Of a DNA stretch of 64,000 nt, positions 1 to 8,994 are shown in pieces. The notes beneath the pieces are model-generated. The model was not told the DNA's origin. It saw only the letters and a list, made by a program, of their open reading frames with translations, and made no database searches. The stretch is from an uncultured Methanosarcinales archaeon. GTDB taxonomy: Archaea; Nanobdellota; Nanobdellia; Woesearchaeales; JACPBV01. The stretch's first letter is position 1. The number at the start of each line of letters is the position of its first letter. The translations under genes and the position numbers were made by a program. The stretch covers positions 8,200 to 72,199 of the forward strand of contig CAZSRD010000003.1 in NCBI GenBank assembly GCA_964609455.1, in the 5' to 3' direction.

Positions 1-1
1 A

Positions 2-1825
2 AATAAATTGTATGGGGAATATTTAATGAATGCCCAAGGAGAGGATATTGTTGCTGGAATAAGGACACCAAAACATATAGGGGAATTACAAAAACAGATG
101 CCTAAGATTTATGATGAATTAGTATCTATATACCTAAAGGTTGAGAAGCATTACAAAGACATGCAGGATATGGAATTTACAATACAAGAAGGCAAGCTGT
201 ATATACTTCAAACAAGAAATGGCAAAAGAACAGCGCATGCAGCTTTGAGAATAGCTGTTGAAATGGTAGATGAGGGCTTGCTTAATAAGAAAGAAGCTGT
301 CTTAAAGATAGACCCTAATCAATTAGACCATCTATTACACAAGATGTTAGACCCTATTGCTAAAGGGAAAGCAGAGGTGTTAGCTAAAGGATTACCTGCA
401 TCACCTGGAGCTGCTGTTGGAAAAGTTGTTTTTACAGCAGAAAGAGCGCATGAGCTTGCTCAGGAAGGTGAAAAGGTGATTTTGACAAGAACAGAAACTT
501 CTCCTGAAGATATTGAAGGTATGAATGCTGCTCAGGGAATATTAACTTCTAGAGGTGGAATGACTTCACATGCAGCAGTTGTTGCAAGGGGAATGGGAAA
601 GCCTTGTGTTGCTGGATGTTCTGATGCTATTATCAATGAAGATAAAAAGATTATGAAAATTGGAGATTTTGAAATCAAAGAAGGAGATTATATTACATTA
701 GATGGAGCTACTGGAGAAGTTATAAAAGGACAAGTTCCTGTAGTTGATCCTGAGCTTAGCGGTGATTTTGAAAAATTAATGAAATGGGCTGATGAATTTA
801 GGAAATTAAAGATTAAAACAAATGCAGATACACCACATGATGCTCAGGTTGCCAGGGATTTTGGAGCAGAGGGAATTGGATTATGCAGGACAGAGCATAT
901 GTTCTTTGAGGGAGAGAGGATTAAAGCTGTTAGAGAGATGATTCTGGCTGAAGATTTAGAAGGCCGTAAAAAAGCTTTGGATAAAATAGAACCAATGCAG
1001 AGAGAAGATTTCAAAGGAATCTTTAAGGTTATGGATGGATTGCCAGTTATAATTAGGTTATTAGACCCACCACTGCATGAGTTTTTGCCAAAAGAAGATG
1101 AAGATATAAAAGTAATGGCAGAACAAATTGGTGTTGATGAACAGAAAATAAGAGATACAATCTCTAATTTACATGAATTTAATCCGATGTTGGGATTTAG
1201 AGGGTGTAGATTAGGCATTAAATATCCTGAGATTTCAGAGATGCAGGCAAGAGCAATTTTAGAAGCTGCTATTGAATCTGGTAAGGAAGGAGTTAAGGCT
1301 TTACCTTGGATAGAGGTTCCATTGGTTGGTAAGCGTGAAGAGTATCTTATTATAAAAGGCATAATTGAAAAAGTCGCAAAAGATTTGAAATTGAAAAAGA
1401 AGAAAGATTATTGGGTAGGAACAATGATAGAAGTTCCTAGAGCAGCCATAACTGCTGATGAAATTGCTAAAGAAGCTGACTTTATGTCGTTTGGAACTAA
1501 TGACCTTACACAGATGACATGCGGTTTTTCAAGAGATGATGCAGATAAATTCTTAAAACCTTATGTTGAGCAAGGAATTTATGATAGAGACCCTTTCCAA
1601 AGCATTGATCAGCAAGGTGTTGGTAAACTAATGCAGCTTTGTGTAAAAAATGCTAGGAAAAAGAATAAGAAAATTGAAATTGGAATATGCGGAGAGCATG
1701 GCGGAGAGCCTGAAAGCGTTAAGTTCTGCCATAGAATAGGACTAAATGATGTGAGCTGTTCCCCTTATAGAGTTCCAATTGCAAGGTTAGCTGCAGCACA
1801 GGCTGCTTTGGAAGATAAGAAATAA
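2..1825 (+). CDS. ppdK: pyruvate, phosphate dikinase, C-terminal ~600 aa (5' end upstream of window; the listed ORF begins at a TTG at 8 but the frame is open to the window edge)
   Basis: Phospho-His swivel motif GGMTSHAAVVARGMGKPCV and PEP-utilising TIM-barrel motifs (FGTNDLTQM, CGEHGGEP, RVPIARLAAAQAAL) typical of PPDK. Confidence 0.88.
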   Translation, partial: NKLYGEYLMNAQGEDIVAGIRTPKHIGELQKQMPKIYDELVSIYLKVEKHYKDMQDMEFTIQEGKLYILQTRNGKRTAHAALRIAVEMVDEGLLNKKEAVLKIDPNQLDHLLHKMLDPIAKGKAEVLAKGLPASPGAAVGKVVFTAERAHELAQEGEKVILTRTETSPEDIEGMNAAQGILTSRGGMTSHAAVVARGMGKPCVAGCSDAIINEDKKIMKIGDFEIKEGDYITLDGATGEVIKGQVPVVDPELSGDFEKLMKWADEFRKLKIKTNADTPHDAQVARDFGAEGIGLCRTEHMFFEGERIKAVREMILAEDLEGRKKALDKIEPMQREDFKGIFKVMDGLPVIIRLLDPPLHEFLPKEDEDIKVMAEQIGVDEQKIRDTISNLHEFNPMLGFRGCRLGIKYPEISEMQARAILEAAIESGKEGVKALPWIEVPLVGKREEYLIIKGIIEKVAKDLKLKKKKDYWVGTMIEVPRAAITADEIAKEADFMSFGTNDLTQMTCGFSRDDADKFLKPYVEQGIYDRDPFQSIDQQGVGKLMQLCVKNARKKNKKIEIGICGEHGGEPESVKFCHRIGLNDVSCSPYRVPIARLAAAQAALEDKK

Positions 1826-1918
1826 TTTCTTTTTCTTTTATATATTCCTTATTATAACTATTTTATCATAATAAAGTATTTATAAGAGTATCTGGATTTT
1901 GTGCTGGGGTGAGTTAAT

Positions 1919-3094
1919 ATGAAAAGAGTTTTAGCAAATGATGGTTTGCCGCAAGAAGGTATTGACATATTTAATGAAGCAGGTATAGAAGTGGATACTG
2001 AGAAAAAAAGTCCAGAAGATCTTTTGGATGTAATCAAGGAATTTGATGGTTTGCTTGTGAGGAGTGCTACAAAAGTCACTAGGCCTGTTATGGAGGCAGG
2101 CAAGAATAGATTAAAAATAATTGGTAGGTCTGGAGTTGGATATGATAATGTTGATTTAGATGCAGCTTCTGAGAATGGTGTTGTGGTTAAATATGCACCT
2201 CATGGCAATACAAACGCAACAGCTGAGCTTGCATTGGCTTTGATGTTTGTTGTTTCTAGAAATATTCCTCAAGCATACTCTGATCTTAGGCATGGAAGGT
2301 GGGTTAAAAAACCTTATGAGGGGGTTGAATTGTCTGGTAAGGTTTTAGGCGTAATTGGTTGTGGTAGAATAGGCCAAAGGTTAAGTGAATTAGTTCCTTA
2401 TATGAGGGTAGTAGGTTTTGATATACGGCAAAATCCTGAGTCTAGGATAGAGTACATGGATTCAATTGAGGATCTTCTTAGGGTATCTGATTATGTTTCG
2501 ATTCATACAGGAGGTAATGAAGTAATAATAGATGCTTCCAGGTTAGGGTTGATGAAATCAAGTGCTATTTTAATAAATGCTTCTAGGGGAAAAAATGTTG
2601 ATCAGGCTGCTTTGAGAGAAGCTTTAGAGACTGGAAGGATAGCTGGGGCAGGAATAGACGTTTATGTAGGGGAAGGAAAGGAAGGGCAGGAATTTCATCA
2701 TCCTTATGAAGGATTAACTAATGTGGTTGTAACCCCACATTTAGGGGCATCGACTGCTGAAGCACAAAAGAAGACTGCTATTGAGATAGCGGAGAAAGTG
2801 AGTAGTTATTTATTAACTGGTGAATGGGGCGGTTCTGTTAATGCTAGTGAAGAAGTAGCATCAGAAGGAAAACCAATTTATACCTTATTTATTACACATA
2901 TGGATAAGCCAGGAATGTTTGGTGCTATTGATACTGTTTTAGGAGACCATGGCGTGAATATTAGAGATAATCCCTCAAGGAAATTAGGTAAGGATTCTAG
3001 AGTACAAACTGTATATCAGTTGCACCAACCACCAACTGATGAGTTGATTAGAGCTTTAAGAGCAGTAGATGGAGTTTATTTTGTTAAAAGATAA
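1919..3094 (+). CDS. serA: D-3-phosphoglycerate dehydrogenase with C-terminal ACT domain
   Basis: D-isomer 2-hydroxyacid dehydrogenase NAD motif GVIGCGRIGQ, catalytic HLGAST, C-terminal ACT-like segment (IYTLFITHMDKPGMFGAIDTVLGDHGVNI). Confidence 0.82.
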   Translation: MKRVLANDGLPQEGIDIFNEAGIEVDTEKKSPEDLLDVIKEFDGLLVRSATKVTRPVMEAGKNRLKIIGRSGVGYDNVDLDAASENGVVVKYAPHGNTNATAELALALMFVVSRNIPQAYSDLRHGRWVKKPYEGVELSGKVLGVIGCGRIGQRLSELVPYMRVVGFDIRQNPESRIEYMDSIEDLLRVSDYVSIHTGGNEVIIDASRLGLMKSSAILINASRGKNVDQAALREALETGRIAGAGIDVYVGEGKEGQEFHHPYEGLTNVVVTPHLGASTAEAQKKTAIEIAEKVSSYLLTGEWGGSVNASEEVASEGKPIYTLFITHMDKPGMFGAIDTVLGDHGVNIRDNPSRKLGKDSRVQTVYQLHQPPTDELIRALRAVDGVYFVKR

Positions 3095-3133
3095 GATATA
3101 TACTCCAGGATAATAAACTTTTTAAATTAATGT

Positions 3134-3730
3134 TTGTTCTTAACAGTTATGGGTGGACAAGACAGGTCTTTGGTAAGTCTTTTGACTATAGAAGAAGATA
3201 CTATGGCACGTGAGATTGCAGAGGAATTAGTTAAAACTAAATTTCTATCTGAACATAGATCATATGTATGGTCTGATTATAGCCATAGACTTATAGACTT
3301 TATTATGGGTGGTATCTATGAAGATTATGACGGCAAGACTGATAGGCCAGAAATAGATGGGATAGTTGAGGCAATATTCCGTTTTCGTGGAAATGAGCTT
3401 AGGCCAATTTCAGAACTTTATTTTCCTTATATTTTTTTGCTTCAGTTAAATGGGGATATGGAAGATCCAGACTTAGCGGCTTATGCTCCAATAGTTAACT
3501 ACCTTAATTCAGAGAAAGGACAGGCTCATATGTTGGGTGCTATGGGCGCTGTTGGTGTTCCTTTACCTAGTCATATCTGGTATCTTATTGGTGTGGACAT
3601 AGCGATTAAAGCTGTTGAACGTGGCATTATCAAACCCAAATGGGAATTAGACCCCGTGACAAATAGAAGAGAACCTGCTTTTAATTATGCTCCTGCAACA
3701 GCAAGGGTTCAACCTGTTGAAGCTCGGTAA
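3134..3730 (+). CDS. hypothetical protein (true start may be the internal Met at MAREIAEEL)
   Basis: Long ORF with coding-like composition and no recognisable motif; ends 20 bp before the distal att repeat, so it is host DNA. Confidence 0.4.
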   Translation: MFLTVMGGQDRSLVSLLTIEEDTMAREIAEELVKTKFLSEHRSYVWSDYSHRLIDFIMGGIYEDYDGKTDRPEIDGIVEAIFRFRGNELRPISELYFPYIFLLQLNGDMEDPDLAAYAPIVNYLNSEKGQAHMLGAMGAVGVPLPSHIWYLIGVDIAIKAVERGIIKPKWELDPVTNRREPAFNYAPATARVQPVEAR

Positions 3731-3749
3731 CTTTCTTATAATAAAAATA

Positions 3750-3781
3750 AACGCGCCCAGGAAGATTCGAACTCCCGACCT
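3750..3781. repeat. att repeat, distal copy (duplicated tRNA-Arg 3' segment)
   Basis: 32/32 identity with 14380-14411; flanks diverge immediately on both sides. Confidence 0.85.
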
Positions 3782-3916
3782 AGAAACATTCGAAGAACTA
3801 TCCAAAGCCAAGTCCTTTAATATCAGCTTCTCGACGTATTTACTTATATTTGTACGCTTTTTCTTTAGGCTTTTACACACTTCGCTTTCAATCGTTAAGT
3901 TAAGTCTTTGTTTCAT
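3782..3916 (-). CDS. integrase N-terminal fragment Int(N), 45 codons, reads into the att repeat in the same frame as Int(C)
   Basis: Minus-strand ORF MKQRLNLTIESEVCKSLKKKRTNISKYVEKLILKDLALDSSSNVS continues through the repeat as RSGVRIFLGA, identical to residues 3-12 of the integrase ORF at the other end. Confidence 0.6.
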
Positions 3917-4128
3917 ATTTGCTCAATTTTATGCGCATACTTTACTTTATAAAACTTTGTAGCCTTCATTCAGAGGCGGAATAGTCCATCAAGTTAATAA
4001 GATAAATTGGACATAGTACCTCGGGAGAATTTTTAGGGTTTTTCAGAATCTTTGGTTAACCAATCACCATAATTCAGCTATTTCTGCGTAAATATGCTAT
4101 TTTTCTGTAAGTTACACTAATTCTGTGT

Positions 4129-4272
4129 ATTATGGGCGCGTGTTTTAGAATTGTGGCGCAAACCACAACCATACGCCATAATAATTGTGGCATAAACTTA
4201 ATAACAGTGACACATTACGAAGATTGATGGTTTTGTTTTTTGGCATTATTTTATGGCGTAGTTTTGTGGCTT
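4129..4272. promoter_or_regulatory. iteron-like repeat cluster, candidate replication origin / control region of the element, upstream of the rep-like gene
   Basis: At least five copies of T(T)RTGGC in both orientations: TTATGGGCGCG 4129-4140, palindrome TTGTGGCGCAAACCACAA 4151-4168, ATTGTGGCAT 4184-4193, TACGCCATAA 4172-4181 with its inverse TTATGGCGTA 4251-4260, TTTTGTGGCTT 4262-4272. Confidence 0.35.
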
Positions 4273-4568
4273 ATTTTGTTGTTTTATCGACGACAAGTAT
4301 ATCTTAGAGAATAGAAATATTTATATACTAGCTTACCCTATTAAATTACATCGACGGATAAAAATTCACTTTGAATAAGTAACATAAACGAGGTGAGACC
4401 AAGCAAAAAAGATGACGCGCCACCAAGTAAAAAGAGGTGCTGATTCTTTAAAAGTATGAATATTTTGTGAAGTGCATTAGGCTAATGTAAGTTAGCGTTA
4501 GCTCTAAAGAAGAATAAAACAAACAATAATCTAGCGATAGCTATAATCGTTAGATAGAGGTATAAAAA

Positions 4569-6011
4569 ATGGATAAAGAAAAAAAAGATTGGGTAGAATT
4601 TAAGAACCCAAAAACAGGACATAAAGTAGGTTATATAACCAAAAATGGAGACAAAGACGTATATGTAAGTGAAAGGACTAAAGACCACTATTTTAAGAAG
4701 TATTGTGGTTTTGGAATATCAGAAGATGTGTTGAACCAGCTTGAAAAAGAAAACATAATAGAGATATATCTTGAATGTAAAGAATTGGATGAAATATTCA
4801 AAACAACCGTAAGCGAATTCAAGGGATGTAAATCCTATAATAACATAGATGAAGATAAACAAAAAGTAATGCCTTTGCAACAGTTCGAGAAGATGATGAG
4901 TAGAAAAATATTCAGAGACTTGGTAGAGACATTAAAACAGTTTATTAGTGTGAAAAAAGAAGAATATCACACATTAGCTCTATGGATAATGCACACTTGC
5001 TTAGTTAAAGAATTTGGTGTTACCCCATATATACGCTTAGTGGGTATGCCTGGAACTGGGAAATCAACAATAATGAGACTTTGCAGTAAATTAGTAAGAT
5101 ATGGAATAATGGGCTCATTTAGTGAGGCTTCCATCTTTAGAATGAATAAAGAAGCACTACCTTCCTTGTTCTTTAATGAATTTGAACATATAAAAGATAA
5201 CAAATTAATGATAGAGATACTGAACAATGGATATGAAGATGGACAAATGGTAAGTAGAGTGGATAAAGATGGGCAGGTAAGTTTTTTTGACCCATTTTGC
5301 CCTAAAATGTTTGGAACTGTCTATAAAGAGTCCATTCCTACTTTAGATAGTCGGTCTATCTGGATAAACACGTTTAAATCTCCAAGAAAATTAAGGAGCT
5401 TGATAGGAAAAGATACAACTAGAGAAGAAAGATTGATGAAGTTACAACTAAAAATATATGAATACATAACCCTTAATAAAAGCAATATACTGGGGTTGCA
5501 CAGCGAAATAGAAATTCCATTAAGCAACAGAGCAGAACAAATAATTAAGCCCTTGGCTACTATTGAGCGATATCTAAATGTAGATGAACTTGTAGTGCAA
5601 ACATACAAGGATAAAATATATTATTCCTTGGTAAAATCTATGCAAACAGACACAGGTCTAAAAGTAGCAAGAATATTGTATGAACAAAAAGGCAAAATCT
5701 CATTGAAGGAGTTAACGAAGAAAGCTAATGATGAGCTTGAATACCCAAAACATGAGAAATACTTTGGTGGTGTGTTAAGAAACATTGGTTTTAGTGATTA
5801 CATTAAAAGACAAGGAGATGGAACAACAATTGAAATACCAGTGAAACAAATAATAGACTTATTTGAGGGACGTAACATAGATAAAGAAATGTTAGACCGA
5901 ATTTCTGGTGAACATTGTGAACGTAGTGAACGTCCAGAAGAAAGTAAGGAAGAACAAGAGACAGGCAGCCCACCTCAGTTAGGTCTATTTAAGGAGTTTG
6001 CTGAGATATAA
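4569..6011 (+). CDS. P-loop NTPase, putative replication-initiator/helicase-like protein of the element
   Basis: Walker A GMPGTGKST and downstream hhhhNE/DE-like LFFNEFEH; 480 aa; sits directly behind the iteron-like region. Confidence 0.5.
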   Translation: MDKEKKDWVEFKNPKTGHKVGYITKNGDKDVYVSERTKDHYFKKYCGFGISEDVLNQLEKENIIEIYLECKELDEIFKTTVSEFKGCKSYNNIDEDKQKVMPLQQFEKMMSRKIFRDLVETLKQFISVKKEEYHTLALWIMHTCLVKEFGVTPYIRLVGMPGTGKSTIMRLCSKLVRYGIMGSFSEASIFRMNKEALPSLFFNEFEHIKDNKLMIEILNNGYEDGQMVSRVDKDGQVSFFDPFCPKMFGTVYKESIPTLDSRSIWINTFKSPRKLRSLIGKDTTREERLMKLQLKIYEYITLNKSNILGLHSEIEIPLSNRAEQIIKPLATIERYLNVDELVVQTYKDKIYYSLVKSMQTDTGLKVARILYEQKGKISLKELTKKANDELEYPKHEKYFGGVLRNIGFSDYIKRQGDGTTIEIPVKQIIDLFEGRNIDKEMLDRISGEHCERSERPEESKEEQETGSPPQLGLFKEFAEI

Positions 6012-6393
6012 TATATTTTTTTATTTTTTATTATATATTAATAATAATATAATTATATATTTATATATATTAATTCTTATATATGATATAATGTTCACAA
6101 CCTTCACTAAGTTCACTAATGCTGTGGGTTAGATTTTAGACACGTTTTCTCGTCCCAGAGTATTATTGTCAACTTGTTTAACGGATTGCAAGGGTGAGCT
6201 CCCCTAACGTTTTGGTAACACTTGGGACAACTGTCATAATAACAAGAGAAGAATAATTGGTAATAGTTTTGCTACGTGTGACATTCACTTTTTAAAGATA
6301 TAGTTAATTTCACTCGGGAAGGCTACTGGTGCCTATGTCTAAATTGAAAAATGGGTATAGTGCCTGTCTCGTGTCTTTGGGTGTTTAGGAAAA

Positions 6394-7422
6394 TTACCCC
6401 TTTAAACATGCGCTAAAACAGTTTTTATACTCCCATTCCGTCCAATCATTAATGGATTGATAGGTTCTACAAGCAGCACTACACCATTTAATTATATCAG
6501 AATCATCTAAACCTGCATTTTCTTCTGTAGGTGTTACTAATACATTATTAGATGGGGGATTGTAAGACCTCACTGTTGGCGTTTCACTTACTGTACTTGT
6601 TTTTTTCTCATCAACATCACATTTACCATTCTCATTTTTATCATTACACACATAAACTTCTGTTAAGCATTTATCAAAGGCGGTATTATTGGTGTATACA
6701 TAAAAAGTAATCTCTGGAATGTTGCCATTTCTTATCAATTTTAAGTAAACATTTAGTTTATCTGTAATACTTCTTGACTGTTTTTCTGTAAGACTTATAG
6801 ATTGTTTTTCTGTTAAATTTTCGCCACTTACCCAAAACTCAAGTGATTCTGTATAAAGATTCATCAATCTAAACGAAAACCCTTTGATAACCATAGCCTC
6901 TTTACCAAATTCTTCCCGTTTTATCCACTTACCAACATAACAAAAACAATCTTCTTGGCACGATTCATTTATTGCACAGATTCCATCGCCGCAACAAGGA
7001 ATGTTTTCTTGATGAATACATCTTTTTGAATTATAATCATACGAATCTGTGGTACATACATTATTATCCTCACAACTAGGACAATCTTTAGATTTAGTAT
7101 ATTCTCCATTTTCACATATTTTGTTTCCGTCACAAGGGGTAATGAGGGCGTATTCACACTTATTTTTATCATTGTTATAACTATCTTTAGTACATTTATC
7201 ATTATCGTTACAATCCTCCCTAGCTACACTAATTTGATTTACTGTTTCTACAGTCTTTATGGATGTTTTAGTTTCTATACTGCCCTTGCTTGAACCTTTT
7301 ATTGAAGAACTATTTTTATTTAAATATTTGCCCAAAATTACAATAAGAGAGAGTACAATCAAGATTATTATTACTGTTTTTACCACACTATATACAGATA
7401 CTTGCTTTTTTATTTCTCTCAT
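6394..7422 (-). CDS. membrane-anchored Cys-rich secreted protein
   Basis: N-terminal TM/signal anchor (VVKTVIIILIVLSLIVILG) followed by many spaced Cys (CxDGIC, CEDNNVC, CQEDC patterns). Confidence 0.55.
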   Translation of the reverse strand: MREIKKQVSVYSVVKTVIIILIVLSLIVILGKYLNKNSSSIKGSSKGSIETKTSIKTVETVNQISVAREDCNDNDKCTKDSYNNDKNKCEYALITPCDGNKICENGEYTKSKDCPSCEDNNVCTTDSYDYNSKRCIHQENIPCCGDGICAINESCQEDCFCYVGKWIKREEFGKEAMVIKGFSFRLMNLYTESLEFWVSGENLTEKQSISLTEKQSRSITDKLNVYLKLIRNGNIPEITFYVYTNNTAFDKCLTEVYVCNDKNENGKCDVDEKKTSTVSETPTVRSYNPPSNNVLVTPTEENAGLDDSDIIKWCSAACRTYQSINDWTEWEYKNCFSACLKG

Positions 7423-7432
7423 TCAAACCACA

Positions 7433-8071
7433 TTATTTTTCTTCCAACACATTCTTCTTTTCTAAATATTCTTTTTTAGTGAGCTTACCTTCTGCAAATT
7501 GTTTCTTCAAGATATCTAAATAGCTTTCTTTTTTTACACTACTTGGTTTTGACGTTCTTCTTAAAATCTCCAACTGGGCTCTTAATGAAGCTGCCTTGCT
7601 TTTTCTTGAGCTAGAAACTATAGTAGCAACTATGAGTAAAATAATGCCTGATAGATACAGGAACAAACCAAGAATTCCTAATATTACTAAAACTATCACT
7701 GCAATACTAACCTCTTCCAATTCTTCTATTTCTTCCTCAATCCTTTGTTCATTTGGCGATAAAGAATTCCATCTTTCCCCCTCTTTTTCGTATTCTTTTT
7801 CTTCTTTTTGTGATTCAATATCTTTAGCACAACGTATACAATAACCTTCCATTTCATAATCTTCAGCAGTATCCAACCAACCCCCCATCTTGTTTTTACA
7901 ATTTTTACATCGTTTCGTTCTAATTTTACTACTATCCTTTTTTTCTTTCCATTTATCATAACATTCTTGGCAGATTTTAATTTTAGTTTTGTCATCATCA
8001 TCTAGCATATCGTGTAATCTATCTCCAAAGACAATTGTTTTACCACATTTTGCACAAGTTATGTTTGGCAT
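7433..8071 (-). CDS. zinc-ribbon membrane protein with C-terminal SHOCT-like segment
   Basis: N-terminal CxxC...CQEC ribbon (MPNITCAKCGK...IKICQECYDKWKE), second CxxC pair, one TM helix, C-terminal KKQFAEGKLTKKEYLEKK resembling the SHOCT domain. Confidence 0.5.
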   Translation of the reverse strand: MPNITCAKCGKTIVFGDRLHDMLDDDDKTKIKICQECYDKWKEKKDSSKIRTKRCKNCKNKMGGWLDTAEDYEMEGYCIRCAKDIESQKEEKEYEKEGERWNSLSPNEQRIEEEIEELEEVSIAVIVLVILGILGLFLYLSGIILLIVATIVSSSRKSKAASLRAQLEILRRTSKPSSVKKESYLDILKKQFAEGKLTKKEYLEKKNVLEEK

Positions 8072-8087
8072 TTTTAACCTACATTTT

Positions 8088-8324
8088 TCATTTCAATTTT
8101 GCTTTTTCTAACCTTAATTCTTCTAATCTTGAATGTGCCTTATTTGCCCCAATCGCTCCACTAATACACATTACTAACCCCAATATCCATCCAATAAAAG
8201 GTATGAATAAAAAAAAGATGCCTGCAACAAAAACGACAATTCCCTTAATATTTTCTTTCTCCGCATCCGCTTCCTGTTCATTTATTTCTTTGATTGTTTC
8301 TTTTTTACCCATCTTGTAACTCAT
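8088..8324 (-). CDS. small membrane protein
   Basis: 78 aa, two predicted TM helices. Confidence 0.35.
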   Translation of the reverse strand: MSYKMGKKETIKEINEQEADAEKENIKGIVVFVAGIFFLFIPFIGWILGLVMCISGAIGANKAHSRLEELRLEKAKLK

Positions 8325-8446
8325 ATTTTACCTATATCTCTATAGGGGGATACATACTATTTAAACTTTTCTTTAATTAATATATTCTAACCACTTAATA
8401 TATTCTAAATACTTATTTAATAAGAACTACTGCATAAAACCTAGTT

Positions 8447-8650
8447 ATGCTTAAATCTGACAAGCTTAAACTTGAAATTCTTAACTTATTAAAAGGGGGA
8501 GATATGAGCTTAGGGCAACTAAGAAAAGCTACTAAAGTAGCACATCATTATACCCTTAAGAATGCCGTGGAGTTCTTGGAAAAGCTGAACTTAGTGGAAG
8601 TTGTTGAGAAAAAAGACAAGCTTAAAACTAAGATTGTGAAGCTTAGATAA
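8447..8650 (+). CDS. small winged-helix DNA-binding protein
   Basis: 67 aa, helix-turn-helix-like core (MSLGQLRKATKVAHHYTLKNAVEFLEKLNLVEV) followed by a basic wing. Confidence 0.5.
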   Translation: MLKSDKLKLEILNLLKGGDMSLGQLRKATKVAHHYTLKNAVEFLEKLNLVEVVEKKDKLKTKIVKLR

Positions 8651-8683
8651 TAATTAGGGGTATGCTTTAGTTATTATCTGTTA

Positions 8684-8974
8684 TCAACTCAATGCCGCCC
8701 AATTCATAAGACTAATAAAACCGCCAATTATCCATAAAACAAAAGCTACTAATATTATGTTCCTAATGGTTCTCACATCACGTGCTATGTTTACTCCTAT
8801 ATTTTCTAAAGGTTTAGTCATAATATCACCCTCCAAGTTTCCTTCTTTCCATTTATCATGGCATTCTTGGCAAATCTTTATTTCAGTTTTGCCATCATCA
8901 TCTATCATCTCATAATATGCCTTATCCGAAGAAATATTCTTTTTACCGCATTTATGGCATTTTATGTTTGGCAT
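8684..8974 (-). CDS. zinc-ribbon membrane protein, paralog of 7433-8071
   Basis: N-terminus MPNIKCHKCGK...DDDGKTEIKICQECHDKWKE is near-identical in pattern to the 7433-8071 N-terminus; C-terminal TM helix. Confidence 0.5.
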   Translation of the reverse strand: MPNIKCHKCGKKNISSDKAYYEMIDDDGKTEIKICQECHDKWKEGNLEGDIMTKPLENIGVNIARDVRTIRNIILVAFVLWIIGGFISLMNWAALS

Positions 8975-8994
8975 TTTATTACCCTTAAATCTAA

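Noticed and set aside
844-1362. 172-aa minus-strand ORF inside ppdK
   Set aside because: It is antisense to a clearly conserved PPDK reading frame and Ser/Ile-rich low complexity.
3647-3916. 89-aa minus-strand ORF spanning the distal att repeat
   Set aside because: Only its first 45 codons plus the repeat are meaningful, as the Int(N) fragment. The remainder is read-through into the 3' end of the host gene 3134-3730 on the opposite strand.
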